NCBI GenBank assembly: GCA_021298155.1
Contig: JAJTEN010000026.1
Coordinates: 4,297 to 68,296, forward strand
Reading direction: 5' to 3'
DNA from: Sphingobacteriales bacterium
GTDB taxonomy: Bacteria > Bacteroidota > Bacteroidia > UKL13-3
DNA length: 64,000 nucleotides
This document shows positions 1-10,686 of the stretch, one piece after another. A program made the position numbers and the translations under genes. The stretch's first letter is position 1. The number at the start of each line of letters is the position of its first letter. The notes beneath the pieces were generated by a model. That model made no database searches. It saw nothing but the letters and a program-made list of their open reading frames with translations, and was not told the DNA's origin.

Positions 1-69
1 TTATAAAAAAGGCACACCATAAATCCTATTTCATAAAATATTTGTATACTTGAACCAAATATTTTTAAC

Positions 70-945
70 ATGAAAACTGCATACATTTTCCCCGGACAAG
101 GTGCTCAATTCGTAGGAATGGGCAAAGATTTATATGACACTAATGAAATCGCTAAGGGTCTTTTTGAAAAGGCTAACGACATACTTGGGTTTCGCATAAC
201 CGATTTAATGTTTAGCGGAACTGATGAAGATTTAAAGCAAACCAGAGTTACCCAACCTGCAATTTTTCTTCACTCTGTTGTTAAAGCTTTAACATCCTCT
301 GATTTTAAACCCGATATGGTAGCGGGACACAGCTTAGGGGAATTTTCTGCCTTAGTTGCTGCTCAGGTCTTATCCTTTGAGGATGGACTCAAATTAGTCT
401 ATGCGCGCGCTATGGCCATGCAAAGTGCTTGTGAAATGGAGCCTTCTACTATGGCAGCCGTGCTTGGCTTGGCTGATGAAAAGGTTGAAGAAATTTGTGC
501 AAGTATACAAACAGAAGTGGTTGTTCCAGCCAATTATAATTGTCCGGGACAACTCGTCATTTCGGGAAGTATAGCTGGTGTAAATAATGCATGTGATTTA
601 TTGAAAGCTGCAGGAGCAAAACGCGCATTGGTACTTCAAGTTGGTGGCGCATTTCACTCACCGCTCATGGAACCGGCAAGCATTCAACTGGAAGCTGCCA
701 TTCATAATACAACCTTCAATACCCCAATTTGCCCCATTTACCAAAATGTGCCAGCTCAAGCAGTAACAGATATTAACCAAATAAAATCTAATTTAGTTGC
801 TCAGTTAACCGCACCTGTAAAATGGACCCAATCTGTTCTTGCCATGGTGACCGATGGTGCAACAGATTTTGTGGAATGTGGCCCAGGAAATGTGTTACAA
901 GGTTTGGTAAAAAAGATACATAAAGAAGCGAATACGCGTTCTTAA
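70..945 (+). CDS. fabD: Malonyl-CoA:ACP transacylase
   Basis: FPGQGAQ N-terminal motif, GHSLGE catalytic Ser motif, GAFHSPLM, ECGPG. Confidence 0.97.
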   Translation: MKTAYIFPGQGAQFVGMGKDLYDTNEIAKGLFEKANDILGFRITDLMFSGTDEDLKQTRVTQPAIFLHSVVKALTSSDFKPDMVAGHSLGEFSALVAAQVLSFEDGLKLVYARAMAMQSACEMEPSTMAAVLGLADEKVEEICASIQTEVVVPANYNCPGQLVISGSIAGVNNACDLLKAAGAKRALVLQVGGAFHSPLMEPASIQLEAAIHNTTFNTPICPIYQNVPAQAVTDINQIKSNLVAQLTAPVKWTQSVLAMVTDGATDFVECGPGNVLQGLVKKIHKEANTRS

Positions 946-1061
946 GTATCCATCAGATTTTCACTTTTTAATTAGACTCTATTCCATTTTAATTAGTGGA
1001 AATAATAACACAATATCCTTTTAAGAGTAGGCTTTACTTGCATAAATTAATCAGTTTTACA

Positions 1062-2651
1062 ATGAATTTGAAACATATCAGGTTTTTACTTTTTATTATG
1101 TTATACCTGCCAATATTGGCTGTATCAGAAAATCCAAAACTGCCTTTAATTCCTATGCCTAAAAATGTGAAAGTAAACGCAGGTAACTTTATCATTAGTA
1201 AGGCTACAAATCTATCGGCTTCCGCAGAACTAACCAATGAAGTTAAATACCTTAATACCTATTTCAAAAACAACCATCAAATAGTTTTTAATTTAGACAA
1301 GAAAGCAGGCAATAAGATTGTTTTAAAAATAAACAGCTTATTACCAAACCTGCCAGGAACTTACAGCATCAGTAGCAATTCTAATGAACTCATACTTGAA
1401 GCTTTTGATGCAAGTGGAATTTTTTACGGTATTCAGTCGATTATACAACTTCTCCCTATCAATCAAGTTAATGAAGTAAGTATTCCATTAATTCAAGTAA
1501 GCGATCAACCCAAATACCAATGGAGGGGAATGCATTTAGATTGTAGTAGGCATTTTTTTAATACCACATTTATAAAAAAGTATATCGACATGCTGGCCTA
1601 CTATAAAATGAATAAATTTCATTGGCACCTTACAGATGACCAAGGTTGGCGGATAGAAATAAAGAAATATCCAAAACTAACAGAAGTAGGCGCATGGAGA
1701 AATGGCACAATGATAGGTCACTATCGCGATCAAAAAATAGACAGTATTAAATATGGTGGATTCTATACCCAATCAGACATTAAAGAAATTATTACCTACG
1801 CTCAGGAAAGGCATATTGAAGTAATTCCAGAGATTGAAATGCCGGGCCATGCTTTAGCAGCCCTGGCAGCCTATCCAGAATTTTCTTGCAGCAAACTTCC
1901 TACCCAAGTAGGCACACGTTGGGGCGTAGAAACAAATGTATTCTGCCCAAGCGAAGAAACCTTTCATTTTTTAGAAGACATTTTAAACGAGGTTATGGAG
2001 ATTTTTCCGAGTAAATATATTCATATTGGTGGCGATGAAGTCCCTAAAGATGAATGGAACAAATCGGATTTATGCCAACAGCTAATGAAAGATCAAAACC
2101 TTGCAGATGCCAATGAACTACAATCTTATTTTATACGCAGGATAGAAAAGTTAGTGAACAAGAAAGGGAAAACGATTATTGGTTGGGATGAAATTTTAGA
2201 AGGTGGATTAGCTCCAAATGCAGTAGTTATGAGTTGGCGTGGCGAAAGCGGAGGAATAACTGCAGCAAAAATGAAACATCCAGTGATTATGAGTCCGGGC
2301 TCACATTGCTATTTCGACCATTATCAAGCTTCACCAGAAAAAGAGCCTCTTGCCATTGGAGGCTTTACCTCATTAGAGAAAGTATATAGTTATAACCCTA
2401 CACCCATTGCCCTAGATAGCACCGAGGCGACTTTTATTTTGGGGGCACAGGGTAATGTGTGGACAGAATACATCAAAACGCCATCTCAGGTGGAATATAT
2501 GATGATGCCCAGAATGGCTGCCTTGGCAGAAGTTGTTTGGCTATCCAAAGACAAACAAAATTACTCAGATTTTTTGGGTAGATTAACATTACAAATTCCT
2601 TATTTAAACTATAAAAAAATAAATTTCTGCCAAACTGAATTCTCAAAATAA
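1062..2651 (+). CDS. Beta-N-acetylhexosaminidase (GH20), secreted
   Basis: WRGMHLDCSRHF, FHWHLTDDQGWR, IPEIEMPGHA, catalytic HIGGDE, GAQGNVWTEYI; start moved to ATG 1062, which gives a signal peptide (MNLKHIRFLLF...). Confidence 0.93.
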   Translation: MNLKHIRFLLFIMLYLPILAVSENPKLPLIPMPKNVKVNAGNFIISKATNLSASAELTNEVKYLNTYFKNNHQIVFNLDKKAGNKIVLKINSLLPNLPGTYSISSNSNELILEAFDASGIFYGIQSIIQLLPINQVNEVSIPLIQVSDQPKYQWRGMHLDCSRHFFNTTFIKKYIDMLAYYKMNKFHWHLTDDQGWRIEIKKYPKLTEVGAWRNGTMIGHYRDQKIDSIKYGGFYTQSDIKEIITYAQERHIEVIPEIEMPGHALAALAAYPEFSCSKLPTQVGTRWGVETNVFCPSEETFHFLEDILNEVMEIFPSKYIHIGGDEVPKDEWNKSDLCQQLMKDQNLADANELQSYFIRRIEKLVNKKGKTIIGWDEILEGGLAPNAVVMSWRGESGGITAAKMKHPVIMSPGSHCYFDHYQASPEKEPLAIGGFTSLEKVYSYNPTPIALDSTEATFILGAQGNVWTEYIKTPSQVEYMMMPRMAALAEVVWLSKDKQNYSDFLGRLTLQIPYLNYKKINFCQTEFSK

Positions 2652-3650
2652 ATGAAAACAAACAGGAAACAATTTATTAAAACCAGTTTATTAGCTGGAA
2701 CAGCCATTGGGATGAATGCGTGTAATTTTGATCATAAAACAACTCAATCAAAAACAATTGTTTCCACAAAGCCAATTGTAATATCTACTTGGCGCTTTGG
2801 AATTCAAGCCAACGAAGCGGCATGGGAAATTTTAAAAAATAAGGGAAAAGCATTAGATGCTGTTGAAGCAGGAGTAAAAGTACCAGAGGCTGATCCAAAT
2901 GAGCGCAGTGTTGGACTTGGTGGGCGTCCAGACAGAGACGGAATAGTTAGTTTGGATGCCTGTATTATGGATGAATTAGGGAATATTGGTTCAGTAGTTT
3001 GTTTAGAAAATATTAAACATGCTATTTCTGTTGCCAGAGCCATAATGGAAAAAACGCCACATGTAATGCTTGCAGGTGAAGGAGCCTATCAGTTTGCCAT
3101 TTCACAAGGGTTTCCAAGAGAAAATTTATTGGTTGAAGCATCTGAAAAAGAATGGAAAGAGTGGCTTTTACATAGTAACTACAAACCCATTGCAAATATT
3201 GAAAATCATGATACCATAGGCATGCTTGCCTTAGATGAATTTGGCAACCTATCAGGCGCATGCACAACCAGTGGCATGGCATTTAAAATGCGTGGAAGGG
3301 TTGGCGACTCCCCTATTATTGGTGCGGGATTATATGTAGATAATGAAATTGGGGCTGCCACAGCAACCGGGCATGGTGAGGAAGTAATTAGAATAGCGGG
3401 AAGCGCTTTAGTGGTTGAACTTATGCGCCAAGGTTTAAAACCAGAAGCAGCATGTAAAGAAGCAGTTATGCGTGTGGTGAAATTAATGGAGCGCAGAAAT
3501 AAAAATTTAAAAGACATACAAGTTGGATTTATTGCCCTCAATAAATTAGGTGAACATGGGGCCTATTGTGTTCAAAGTGGCTTTAACTTTGCCATCCAAA
3601 CAAATAGCAGAAAAGAACTCATTGATGCGCCATATTACCTTAAAGTATAA
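2652..3650 (+). CDS. N4-(beta-N-acetylglucosaminyl)-L-asparaginase (glycosylasparaginase, Ntn hydrolase)
   Basis: PIVISTW, SVGLGGRPDRDG, autocleavage site NHD-TIGM, GRVGDSPIIGAG, TGHGEE. Confidence 0.93.
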   Translation: MKTNRKQFIKTSLLAGTAIGMNACNFDHKTTQSKTIVSTKPIVISTWRFGIQANEAAWEILKNKGKALDAVEAGVKVPEADPNERSVGLGGRPDRDGIVSLDACIMDELGNIGSVVCLENIKHAISVARAIMEKTPHVMLAGEGAYQFAISQGFPRENLLVEASEKEWKEWLLHSNYKPIANIENHDTIGMLALDEFGNLSGACTTSGMAFKMRGRVGDSPIIGAGLYVDNEIGAATATGHGEEVIRIAGSALVVELMRQGLKPEAACKEAVMRVVKLMERRNKNLKDIQVGFIALNKLGEHGAYCVQSGFNFAIQTNSRKELIDAPYYLKV

Positions 3651-4324
3651 TGGCAAACCAATCTCATGCAATAGAAATTGCCTGCTTTAGTAAAGAAGCA
3701 GCCCTAATAGCTGCAGAGGCTGGCGCACATAGACTAGAACTATGTGCCAATAAAGAATTAGGCGGGGTAAGTCCGAACCTAGAATGGGTAAAAGAAATTA
3801 AATCTAAAGTTGCAATTCCTGTATATGTAATGGTAAGACCAAGAGGAGGAAACTTTATATACACAGATGAGGAAGTATTAGAAATGGAAAACTATATGCT
3901 TGCCGCCCATTCACTAAAGGTAGATGGCTTTGTATTTGGCTGTTTAGATGACAAACAACATTTAAACCCAATTCAAAACGAGCGTTTAATCAAAGCTGCA
4001 AACCATAAACCCTGCACCTTGCACAAGGCATTTGACGAAACAATTGACCCTTTTGAAACATTGAATAGCGCAATTAACCTGGGTTTCAAAACTATTTTAA
4101 GCTCGGGTTGCAAAACTGAAGCAAGCCAAGGTTTGTCTATTCTTTCTAAATTATTTATTAAAAGTTATGATAAAATCCACATTATGCCAGGTGGTAATAT
4201 CAGAAGTAGTAATTTAGCAAACATTAAAAAACACTGTGGCGCATTTTGGTATCACTCTGCTGCCATCACAGATAAAGGAATCCTTCCCAATGCAGCAGAG
4301 ATTAACGCATTACTTAACATATGA
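3650..4324 (+). CDS. cutC: CutC family TIM-barrel protein
   Basis: EIAC, RLELC, GGVSP, MVRPRGGNF, TLHKAFD, ILSSG, MPGG; overlaps both neighbours. Confidence 0.92.
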   Translation: MANQSHAIEIACFSKEAALIAAEAGAHRLELCANKELGGVSPNLEWVKEIKSKVAIPVYVMVRPRGGNFIYTDEEVLEMENYMLAAHSLKVDGFVFGCLDDKQHLNPIQNERLIKAANHKPCTLHKAFDETIDPFETLNSAINLGFKTILSSGCKTEASQGLSILSKLFIKSYDKIHIMPGGNIRSSNLANIKKHCGAFWYHSAAITDKGILPNAAEINALLNI

Positions 4325-6754
4325 CAATAAGAATTTGTTTACTGGTATTCGGCATCTTTCATAGCTTCTGGGGTGTAGCACAAACAAATTTACTAGCGCA
4401 TTCTAAATGGTTTTTTAAGGGTAATAACAGCCACACAACCTGGATGGATGCCAATGTTCCCGGCAATGTTCATACTGATCTATTTAAATTAAATAAAATC
4501 CCAGACCCGCATGTTGGAACCAACGAATCAGATTTGCAGTGGATCTCGGCTGAAGGTTGGATTTATAAAACCAATTTCGAGATCAGTGAAGAAGTTTATA
4601 CTAAAAACAACTTTAGTTTAGATATTGAATCTATTGATACACATGCGAAACTCTATTTAAACAATCACTATTTTTTTAGTAATCGAAATCAATTTATTCC
4701 CCTTTCGCAAGAAATAAAGAAGTACTTAAAAGTGGGAGACAATGAGCTTAGAATTGAATTTGAACCGAGCACTCAAATAGCTCAAATGGCTGCAAAAAGT
4801 CTACCCTATACCCTAAACCTTAATTACTTATGGCATTGGAAATATTTCTATACAAGCATGGGAAAACATCAATATTAAACGCCATAGCTACACACAAAAA
4901 TTACATAGTGATAGCTCAATAGACCTTACTTTTACTGTATATATTGAGTCAGATAAGGCCCAAACTATTGAACTACAACTCGGATTAAATGAACAGTCAA
5001 CCAGAAGTAAAAAGTTTACCCTTCAAAAAGGTATTAACCCATGTATCATTAAACAAAAAATTAAGCAACCTATTTGGTGGTGGTGTAACGGACTCGGTTC
5101 AGCTTATTTGTATACACTTAGCATAAACGTATTTAAAAATAAAACACTTATAGACCAACACAGAGAAAAATTTGGCATTAGAACAATAGAATGGGTAAAT
5201 GAGCAAGCAGAAAATGGAGAATCATTTTATCTTAAATTAAATGGCAAACCCGTTTTCATGAAAGGGGCAAACTATATACCACCCCATCATTTTTTAAATA
5301 ACCTTACACCAAGTGTGTATACCAATTTAGTAGCAAATGCCGCTGCGTCTCATATGAATATGCTCCGAGTTTGGGGAGGAGGCGTATATGCTCCCGATAT
5401 TTTTTATGAAGCCTGTGATTCATTGGGAATCTTGGTTTGGCAAGATTTCATGTTTGCTTGTGCCATGTACCCATCAGATACTGCATTTTTAAATAATGTA
5501 GCCGAAGAAGTGTTAACACAAACCCAACGCTTGCAAAACCATGCATCAATTGCCATTTGGTGTGGCAATAATGAAAATGCAGAAGGTTGGCACAATTGGG
5601 GATGGCAAAAACAGTTTAATTATTCGGTTCAAGATTCTGCAAAAATTGCATACTCCTACTATCAATTATTCGACTCACTTATCCCAAGCATCCTAAAATC
5701 AAACGATCCCAATCGTTTTTATTGGCCAAGTTCTCCAGCTTTTGGCTGGGGCAGAGAAAAAAGTTTAAGCAGCGGAGATTTACATTATTGGGGCGTTTGG
5801 TGGGGAATGGAACCCTTTGAAACCTATCAGAAAAAGGTGGGTAGATTTGTAAGCGAATTTGGGTTTCAAGCATTGCCAAGTATACATAGCTTAAAAGAAA
5901 TGAAAATAATACAGGCACTAGAATTAGATTCTGTTTTGTTAAAGTCGCATCAAAAACACCCCAAAGGTTTTGAAACAATAAATACATACCTACAAAGAGA
6001 TTATCCAAAGGGTAAAAATATTGCTGAGTATGTCTACCTTTCACAATTGGTTCAGGCAAAAGGTATGAAGATTGCTATGGAAAGTCACAGATCTGCAAAA
6101 CCCTACTGCATGGGAAGCTTATATTGGCAATTGAATGATTGCTGGCCGGTAATTTCTTGGAGTGGAACCGACTTTTTCCTCAGAAAAAAAGCACTTCAGT
6201 ATCAAATTAAAAAGAACTTTGCGCCCTATTTATTAGTACTAAATGTAGTACACGATTCGATTATAGTTCAGGTAATTTCGGATAAATTAACAGACCAATT
6301 AGGCACCCTACAATTAATTCTATGGAAAACCAATGGACAGGCATTAGATCAACAGGTATTGGGTATAACTATTGAGGCAAACAGCAATAAACGCTATGCA
6401 TTTGCTTTGAACCAAAACCTAAATTGGAAAGAAAAAAATGAATGGGTTTTGCAAGGAAATCTGCTGCTAGCAAACGGTGAAATAGCCAAACAAAGTTTTT
6501 ATTTTACTGAACCCAAAAACCTAAAATTACCCGATCCTAAAATACAGATTGAGTACTTACCAAATAATGAAATGAGTTTGTATAGCGAAGTATTCATAAA
6601 AGATCTTGCCCTTATTTTTGAAGATAAAGAAATTGAGGTATCAGATAATTATTTTGATTTAATGCCATTTCAGAAGGAAATTATAAAATTAGAAACCAAT
6701 AAGGATAAACCAAGTTTCACCATTCAATCTTTGAATAAACTCATGAACCCATAA
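4321..6754 (+). pseudogene. GH2 beta-mannosidase, interrupted near 4815 by an apparent internal deletion plus frameshift (real lesion or assembly artefact)
   Basis: N-terminal part 4321-4815 (signal peptide, VPGNVHTDL, IDTHA); the +1 frame is open from 4817 to 6754 (TLITYGIG...WWCNGLG...KGANYIP, MLRVWGGG, WQDFMFAC, WCGNNE, RFVSEFGFQ, YWQLNDCWP); the expected RKAQY-x-FGWDWGP segment is absent. Confidence 0.88.
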
Positions 6755-6788
6755 TGATTTTAGAGCTAAAACACATATATTAGCCACA

Positions 6789-9419
6789 ATGAAATTTAAC
6801 TGGCCGTATTTAGTTAGCCTTCTTTTTTGCTTATTCAACACCCATGTATTTGGGAATTATTCCATTATTCCGAAGCCAGTTGAAACCATTATCAAATCAG
6901 ATCAATTTAGTTTTTCTACCAATTATACCATAGAAGCACAATGCAGCGATTTTCAATTACAACAATCATTTAAAGATTGGGTAAATGTAGAGGCTATAAA
7001 AAAAATAAAGCCAAACAAAATTGTTCAAACAAAATTAAGTCTGCTTTGGGTTGGACAAAAAAAATGGAAATCTTATCTACACAAGCTGCGCTTAAAAGAT
7101 GATTTTATACCCGGCAATGAAGGCTATGTAATGCTCATAGACAAAAACAGCATCATAGTATTGGCGCAGAGCGATATCGGCTTGTTTTATGGATTTCAAT
7201 CCTTACAACAACTATTTAAACAAGAAGCAATCTCTTGTGGTGAAATATATGATAAACCAAGTTTTGCCATTCGGGCTTGGCAAGATGATATTAGCAGAGG
7301 TCCGATCCCAACCATTCATCAATTAAAAAAAGAAATTCAATTACTTTCTCATTATAAACTCAATTACTTAACCCTTTATACAGAACATGTATTCAAGTAT
7401 GTGAGTCACCCCGGTATTGCCCCCAAAGAAGGCTTAAGTGCAGCAGAAGTTGCAGAATTGAGAGACTATGCAAAACAATTTCATGTTCAACTAATTGCCA
7501 ATCAGCAAAGTTTTGGACACCTCGAAAAATTATTACAAACCAAAGGATATCAAGATTTGGCAGAAAGCAATCATATTATTTCTCCGGCCAATGCAAGAAC
7601 ATATCCCCTTTTGGAAAACTTTTATAAAGAACAAAATAATGCTTATAGAAGTAATTTTTTTCAAATTAATGCAGATGAAACCTTTGGCTTGGGAAATGGG
7701 CAAAATAAGGCGATGCTAGATAGCATGGGAATTGCTAAATTATATGCCTATCACATTACTAAAATTGAACAAATTTTAAAAAAACAAGGTAAAACGGTTT
7801 TAATGTGGAGCGATATTATTTCTGCTTACCCAGAAATAATAAACCAGTTATCAAAAGATATTATTCTCATTCCTTGGGCATACGATGGCGCTGCAAATTT
7901 TAAAAAATTCTTAGAACCCATCGCCAAATCTGGATTTACATTTTGGGTAGCACCAGGTATAAATAATTGGCAAAACATTTATCCGAACCAAGAAGTTACA
8001 CAAGAAAATATATACAATTTGGTGCGAGATGGTTTTGAATTAGGAGCAAAAGGTGTTTTAAATACCAGTTGGGACGACGACGGTTTTGCGCTATTTGGGA
8101 ATAATTGGCAAGGCTTAATTTGGGGGGCAGAGTTAAGCTGGAATGCACCAGAAAGTGGCAGTAATAGTGCCGTAAGATGGCATGCATTTGAAGAAAATTT
8201 AAATACCCAATTTTGGGAAGGTTCAATGCAAAAATGGGTGAAACAATATTGTGCATTTCACCAAACAAAAGTTTTAAATCCATTACGTAATGAAAGTTTG
8301 TTTGAACCCATTTTAACCTTTTACCCCAGCTATATTAGTAAAGAAACCGAAGCAGAATGTGTAAATCAATTGAAAGCCTTACAAACAATACGAGCAGGTG
8401 TTGAAAAAGCAAAAACGAATAGTTTAATTGGGAAAGAAGCCATAGGATATTTACTATTCAGTATACATGCATCCCTTTTTGTATGCGAAAAAAACGCTTT
8501 TCGAGCCTATTTCTCTAAACCTGAAAACAGAACAAATAATGCAGCCAAAATTAATGAATACATTAAAAAGCTTGAGATACAAGTAAACCATTTAAAAGAA
8601 GCATTTGAAGCTTTATACTTACAAGAAAACAAACCCTACTATTTAGAGACCAACATCCTTAAATTCGATAAATTATTAGATGAATTATACCAAATACCCT
8701 ACTATTTTGATGTAATAGCTGATGAAAAAATTGGCAGAAAGGGGAGAAAATTCAATTTTATTGGACCATTACATGCAGATAGAATCAATTATACCTGGGG
8801 TAAAAACACCTTAAACAATACTTCACCCCTATTTACTAAACCCTTTTACAGCAATCAAAACTTAATACTAAAATCTGGAATATTCAAAAATGGGAAGCTA
8901 CAGTTTTGCAGAACAGATTCATTTATTTACCATGAAGCAATTGGCAGTATCCGAGATATAAATTTACAAGCGAGCAAGTATCACCCAAGTTATGTTTCAA
9001 GTGGAAAAATGGCTTTAGTAGATGGTAAAATTGGTTCAGTGCTTGATTTAAAAAGTGGCTTATGGCAAGGCTATGCAGGAGGCGATTTAGTGATCGATTT
9101 ATCCTTAGCTAAACCTAAAAATATTCGATCTTTTGCCATGGGATTTTATCAAAATACACCTTCTTGGGTAATTCTTCCCAAAGAGATTCAACTATTTATT
9201 TCTCCCGATGGATACGACTATCACTTTTTTCAAAGTATTGGTCACACCATACCAATAAAAAAAGAAGAAGCTTTAAAATACTTGTTTGAGCTAAACTTTG
9301 CTAAGAAAAAAATAAAATACATACGAATTATTGCTAAATACGCAGGTAATTTGCCACCTAAGCACCCTGGAGCAGGAAATCCATCTATGCTATTTGCAGA
9401 TGAAATTATCTTAAAATAG
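6789..9419 (+). CDS. GH20-like glycoside hydrolase with C-terminal F5/8 type C (discoidin-like) domain
   Basis: IIPKP, EGYVM...GLFYGFQSL (GH20 domain 2), RAWQDDISRGPIPT, QSFGH, INADET; C-terminal LVDG...WQGY...WVILP...FADEI. Confidence 0.8.
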   Translation: MKFNWPYLVSLLFCLFNTHVFGNYSIIPKPVETIIKSDQFSFSTNYTIEAQCSDFQLQQSFKDWVNVEAIKKIKPNKIVQTKLSLLWVGQKKWKSYLHKLRLKDDFIPGNEGYVMLIDKNSIIVLAQSDIGLFYGFQSLQQLFKQEAISCGEIYDKPSFAIRAWQDDISRGPIPTIHQLKKEIQLLSHYKLNYLTLYTEHVFKYVSHPGIAPKEGLSAAEVAELRDYAKQFHVQLIANQQSFGHLEKLLQTKGYQDLAESNHIISPANARTYPLLENFYKEQNNAYRSNFFQINADETFGLGNGQNKAMLDSMGIAKLYAYHITKIEQILKKQGKTVLMWSDIISAYPEIINQLSKDIILIPWAYDGAANFKKFLEPIAKSGFTFWVAPGINNWQNIYPNQEVTQENIYNLVRDGFELGAKGVLNTSWDDDGFALFGNNWQGLIWGAELSWNAPESGSNSAVRWHAFEENLNTQFWEGSMQKWVKQYCAFHQTKVLNPLRNESLFEPILTFYPSYISKETEAECVNQLKALQTIRAGVEKAKTNSLIGKEAIGYLLFSIHASLFVCEKNAFRAYFSKPENRTNNAAKINEYIKKLEIQVNHLKEAFEALYLQENKPYYLETNILKFDKLLDELYQIPYYFDVIADEKIGRKGRKFNFIGPLHADRINYTWGKNTLNNTSPLFTKPFYSNQNLILKSGIFKNGKLQFCRTDSFIYHEAIGSIRDINLQASKYHPSYVSSGKMALVDGKIGSVLDLKSGLWQGYAGGDLVIDLSLAKPKNIRSFAMGFYQNTPSWVILPKEIQLFISPDGYDYHFFQSIGHTIPIKKEEALKYLFELNFAKKKIKYIRIIAKYAGNLPPKHPGAGNPSMLFADEIILK

Positions 9420-9420
9420 C

Positions 9421-10629
9421 TTACGCTTTTCTCTTTAACCTGGCCATAAAGAAGCCATCAAAACCAGATTCGCTAGGCAACACAACTCTTGCATCTTCTA
9501 ATTCATAATTGGTATGTTTGGCTAAAAATGCATCCACCTGTAATTGATTTTCAGAAGGCAAAATACTGCAAGTGGCATAAACCAATTTACCGCCTACTTT
9601 TACAATTTTTGCATATTCTTCAAGAATTTCAGCTTGTTCTGCTTTTACTTTTTGTATAAACTCAAGACTCAACTTCCATTTGGCGTCTGGATTTCTTTTA
9701 ATCACACCCAAACCACTACAAGGCACATCCAACAACAATCTATCAGCTGTGTCATATAATTTTTTAATGGTTTTAGAACCCTCTATTAATCGCGTATCTA
9801 GGTTACTAACACCCGCTCTTCTGGCTCTTTTTTTGGCTTCATCTAACTTCCATTGCTCTGTATCCAAACTTAAAATACGTCCTTTATTCTGACTAATGGC
9901 AGCCATATGCAACGACTTTCCACCGGCACCCGCGCAGGCATCTATGATGCGCATACCTGGTTCTATTTGTAAAAACTCTGCAACCAATTGCGAAGAGGCA
10001 TCTTGCACCTCAAAGTAGCCTGCTTTAAACTCGGGTGTAATAAATAAATTCTGACGTTGTTTTAAAAGTAATGCATCTTTACACCCCTGAACAGGCTGGG
10101 TCATAATTCCCTTTTCTGATAAACTTTTAACCAAATCTGGTTTAGCTATTTTAAGTGTATTTACGCGTAATACAACAGGAGCTGCCTCATTAAGCGCTTC
10201 AACCTCCTTGTTCCATTGCTTACCCAATTCAGCCCAACCCAAATCATCTAACCAATCTGGCAAAGAATGAACTAATTTTCTTTGCGTCTTAATTTGCTTA
10301 TAATTATGATGAATCTTCTTTTCATCTACATTCTTAAATTCTTCCCACTTAGGCAATGCAACCCCTTTTAACACTTGCCAAGTTCCAAATAAGGTAAACA
10401 AATTAGTTTCATTTAGTTCGTGCGTTTCTAACTCAGCAACGGTTCTAATTAATCGCCAGTAACGCACCATATCATAGGTATTCTCGGCAATAAAAGCCCT
10501 GTCTCTTGCACCCCATAAATTATTAGAGCGTAAGATTTTCTCTAAGGCCTTATCAGCATATCTGCCCTCTTCAAAAATTTGAAATATTGCTCTATTTACT
10601 GCTCTCAACAGATTTAAATGAAACTTCAT
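9421..10629 (-). CDS. RsmB/NOP family (Fmu/Sun) SAM-dependent RNA m5C methyltransferase
   Basis: EVQDASSQ, DACAGAGGK, DVPCSGLG, YATCS. Confidence 0.92.
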   Translation of the reverse strand: MKFHLNLLRAVNRAIFQIFEEGRYADKALEKILRSNNLWGARDRAFIAENTYDMVRYWRLIRTVAELETHELNETNLFTLFGTWQVLKGVALPKWEEFKNVDEKKIHHNYKQIKTQRKLVHSLPDWLDDLGWAELGKQWNKEVEALNEAAPVVLRVNTLKIAKPDLVKSLSEKGIMTQPVQGCKDALLLKQRQNLFITPEFKAGYFEVQDASSQLVAEFLQIEPGMRIIDACAGAGGKSLHMAAISQNKGRILSLDTEQWKLDEAKKRARRAGVSNLDTRLIEGSKTIKKLYDTADRLLLDVPCSGLGVIKRNPDAKWKLSLEFIQKVKAEQAEILEEYAKIVKVGGKLVYATCSILPSENQLQVDAFLAKHTNYELEDARVVLPSESGFDGFFMARLKRKA

Positions 10630-10656
10630 AAACTACCAAACATATTGTGTAAGGTG

Positions 10657-10664
10657 CAAAGATA
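10657..10664 (-). promoter_or_regulatory. Bacteroidota -7 promoter element (TATCTTTG)
   Basis: Exact TAnnTTTG match 28 nt upstream of the RsmB-family start. Confidence 0.65.
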
Positions 10665-10686
10665 AGGTATTTATAGCGCTTTAAGC

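Noticed and set aside
4808..4822. Programmed +1 frameshift at CCC-TAA in the beta-mannosidase
   Set aside because: CCC-TAA is not in the frame being translated upstream, and a frameshift would not restore the missing GWDWGP block
5108..6754. Independent 548-aa gene starting at TTG 5108
   Set aside because: The frame is open from 4817 and is the continuation of the gene starting at 4321
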